A stretch of 64,000 bases of DNA from Phaeosaccion multiseriatum (taxonomy: Eukaryota; Protista; Ochrophyta, other classes). The position numbers and the translations under genes are program-made. The notes under the pieces were generated by a model. The model was not told the origin of the DNA. It worked only from the letters and a program-made list of their open reading frames with translations, and ran no database searches. Location of the stretch: contig OZ218958.1 in NCBI GenBank assembly GCA_965112735.1, positions 930,001-994,000 on the forward strand, written 5' to 3'. Shown piece by piece: positions 61,101 to 64,000 of this stretch; the stretch's first letter is position 1; every line of letters starts with the position of its first letter.

Positions 61101-61647
61101 GGCTGCACACTCAAGCGGGACTTGCTGAAACGCAAGTTCGAGGAAGAGATCAGCGAAGGCTGGGCACAGTGTGACGGCTGCCAGCGCTGGGTGCATCAGA
61201 TATGTGCCCTGTTCAACGCCCGAGCCAATGCAGGTGCGTGTGTGCGTGCGTGCGCGTGTGTGTGGCGTGGGGTGGGGGTGGGCTTGGTTCTGTGTGTGGA
61301 AGGAAGTGTGTGTTGAGGGCGCCAATGAGGGAGGGAGAGTGAGTGAAGGGCCCAACCTTTCGTGCAAGCCCTTCGATTTTGGCTTACCCTGCCTTCTATT
61401 CCAACCACACTCACATCCGCATCCGTACCTTTTTTTGTCCATACGTGTGGCTTTTTGACAGGCGAGGTGACCTTCAAGTGCGCCATCTGTCGACTAACCG
61501 ATGCATCAGCGGGGCTGCAAAAGCTGTGGCCGTCACTCACAGGAGCTCAGGCGCCATCACCAGCAGCGGCACCAGCATTAGTACCAGCAGCAGTTGGTGT
61601 GACATCAGCTCCAAATGGTTTATCGAGCAATGGGCCTGTCCCTGCTG

Positions 61648-61684
<37 letters not shown>

Positions 61685-64000
61685 ACTGAAGAGTGCTACA
61701 GGCAGAAGCGACGGAGCTGCTGCGGTCGTCGCAGCCTCCTCTTCACCATCTGTAAAGGTGGAACTGGCACAAGGAGGAAGTGAAGTAGTGGGAGGCGGGT
61801 TGGCCGTTGGCGGCGACGAATGGGCGGGGGCAGGGGCGCCTATGGCTGGAGGGCAGAACGGGGGGGAAGGAGATGTACATATGCAAGAAGCGAGGAGGGC
61901 GGGGCAGGAGACAAAGGAAAACAACGGCAAGGAGGACGCTCCGTCGCAATCCGCCGGGGAGGAGGAAGGGGAGCAGCAGCAGATGCAGAAGAGAAGGAAG
62001 CTCGCGGATGGTCAGAGGGGTGGAGGAGGGGGGGGGGGGTATGCATCTGCGCCGTCGCCCGCTGGAGTTGGGCAGCATGGGGGTAGCACTGTCGCCGCCG
62101 CCGCCGCCACGGCTGCTTCTCCTCCGGTGCCAGTAGTGGGGGTGAAGGGTGAGGATGGGGGAGCTGTGAATCACCTCACCCCAGCGCTTGTGAAGATGGA
62201 GGACACGTTGGTGATACAGCCACAGCAGCCGCAGCACTTGAAGGCTGCTGGAGCGGGGACTCACATGATGTCCAAGCTTGCCCCTTCTTCGTCTGCTGAA
62301 GCAGCTACTACGCACGCGGGGACGAGAAGCCAAGTGAAGGCAGAGCAGCACCAGCAAGAGAAGGTCAAGACAGAGCAAGAGCAGATCAAGGCAGAGGCGT
62401 ATAATGGCAACGCGCCCCTTCCAGAGGCGCTCAAGGCGAACAGCAGGGCCTACAAGGCCAGAGACTTGCCCCACGCCCCAATGTCGCGGTACATTGAGAG
62501 GCGCGTGCATCATTTGCTGGCGGTGCTGGCACGACAGCAGGAGGAGAGGGACGCTGCAGCAGACAAGCGGAGGTCCAGCAGAGGCGTCGTGTCCGGGGGG
62601 GGGGCAGTGGCAGCAGCGGGAGCACCAGTGGGAGCACCAGCACCAGTACCAGCAGCGCCAGCAGCGCCAGCAGCGCCAGCAGCAGGAGGAGCACCAGCAG
62701 CAGGAGGAGCACCAGCTGGTGATACAGCAGCAGGAAGGCACAACAAGCCTGGCAGGCAGGAGGCGGCAGGAGCGGTGAGCATCCGACTGGTATCTAGCGT
62801 GGATGGCTACCACGACGTGAGTAGGGTGGTGCGGGAGGCGTTTGCCGCTCCCGAAGGCCTCCAGAACGTTCCGGAGCGCCTGGACTACTGTTCCAAGGCG
62901 CTGGTGATGTTCCAGGAGGTGGACGGGGTGGACGTGTGTCTGTTCAGCATGTATGTGCAGGAGTACGGGGCGGATGCACCGGACTGCAACGCCCGGAGGG
63001 TCTACATTAGTTACCTCGACAGTGTGGAGTATTTCCGGCCGCGCACCGCACGTACGCAAGTCTATCAGGTGCGCTATTACGACAGAGGCCCAACCGCCGC
63101 TCACGGCTTGGATCTCGTCGTATATGCGTCGCACTTGTCCATCTCTGGGGTTTGGTGGGCATGTTTCTGTCTCCTTCGTGTGTGTGTGTGTGTTCCCCCT
63201 GTTTTCTCCACTTTAGCGTTTCGTCTCTCCAACTAAAATCTGCATTTCGTCATCATATACACACGCCCAACTAACCAAGTACCCAACCAACCAACCAACC
63301 AACCAATGCGAGCAGGAGATTCTAGTGTCTTACCTCGACTGGGTGAGGCGACGCGGATTCAAGTCCGCACACATCTGGAGCTGCCCTCCGCAGCGCGGCA
63401 ACAACTTCATCTTCTGGTGCCATCCTGCCCATCAGCGGACCCCGTCCAGAGAGCGACTTGTCGACTGGTATCGAACCATGTTACGGCGAGCGGAGCAGCT
63501 GGGCGTCGTGCGTAAGGTGGACAACTTGCATAGCAAGTGCTTCCAAGAGGTGGCCAGAGTGCTGCATCTTCATCGGACAGGGGCGGCGGAAGACAGCGAG
63601 CTGAAACCCCCCTTGCCCCCCGTGTTTGAGGGTGACTACTGGATGGAGGAGGCGGCGCGTTTGGCCAAGCTCGTGGAGAAGAAGAGCGACGCGGACTTTG
63701 TGGCCGAGCATTTGTCGCCGATTGACCTCTGCAGGTACGTGCATGGGTGGATGCGTGTATGTGTGTGCGTGCGTGTGTGGGTGCGTGTGTCAAGGGTTAG
63801 AAGCGGAGACGTAAGGGGGGGGGGGAGGGGAGGGAAGCAGAAGGGGCTGGCGGTCGGGTGGGGCGGTTTGGTGTGCCTTGCGGGTGTTCATCCATTCCGT
63901 TACGGTTATTTGCTTACACATCGCATGCTGCCTCGAGGTACATTGCTCCCCCTCATCCACCTTGATCCTTGACTCACTCCGTTTTGTCTTTCCTCTGCGC
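57879..64000 (+). CDS. CBP/p300-like (KAT3/KAT11) histone acetyltransferase with bromodomain and RING/PHD region, 3' incomplete
   Basis: Bromodomain FNAPVDP...YRDVIQHPMDLGTVK...DVRLVFGNAMRFN. CHGPCNQRIKRG...WCQKCY. WAQCDGCQRWVHQICALFN. HAT motifs DGVDVCLFSMYVQEYG, VYISYLDSVEYFRP, AHIWSCPP...FIFWCHP and PVFEGDYW. Confidence 0.93.

Noticed and set aside
59154-63134. Long minus-strand ORFs opposite the CBP gene (similarly 32033-33124, 39926-40735, 51932-53554)
   Set aside because: These are antisense shadows of GC-rich coding regions with no independent motifs.

Overview
Intron-rich, microsatellite-laden, GC-rich eukaryotic genomic DNA, probably from a photosynthetic stramenopile. That taxonomic call is an inference from two proteins that begin with a signal peptide followed by an ASAF-like motif. 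No prokaryotic features, RNA genes or CRISPR arrays were seen. From left to right: a >=1.8 kb direct duplication of a prolyl-4-hydroxylase-like gene flanking an intronless FNIP-repeat gene; an F-box/TM gene; a small HSP with two alpha-crystallin domains; an ankyrin gene; a degraded ORF; a long-chain acyl-CoA synthetase; a GBP-family GTPase whose 15 in-phase exons run into a multipass membrane domain; a DUF819 membrane protein; a nested transposon stack (a foldback MITE, plus a Sola2-like DNA transposon with 18-bp TIRs and a CTAA TSD inserted in the 3' end of an RLE-type non-LTR retroelement that has two more copies in the window); three paralogous orphan 7TM-like genes; a DUF726/TMCO4 gene; and the 5' part of a CBP/p300-like acetyltransferase. 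The most interesting items are the GBP-multipass membrane fusion, the FNIP array with hypervariable surface positions, the 7TM cluster and the nested elements. All family calls come from motif recognition by eye, without database searches.
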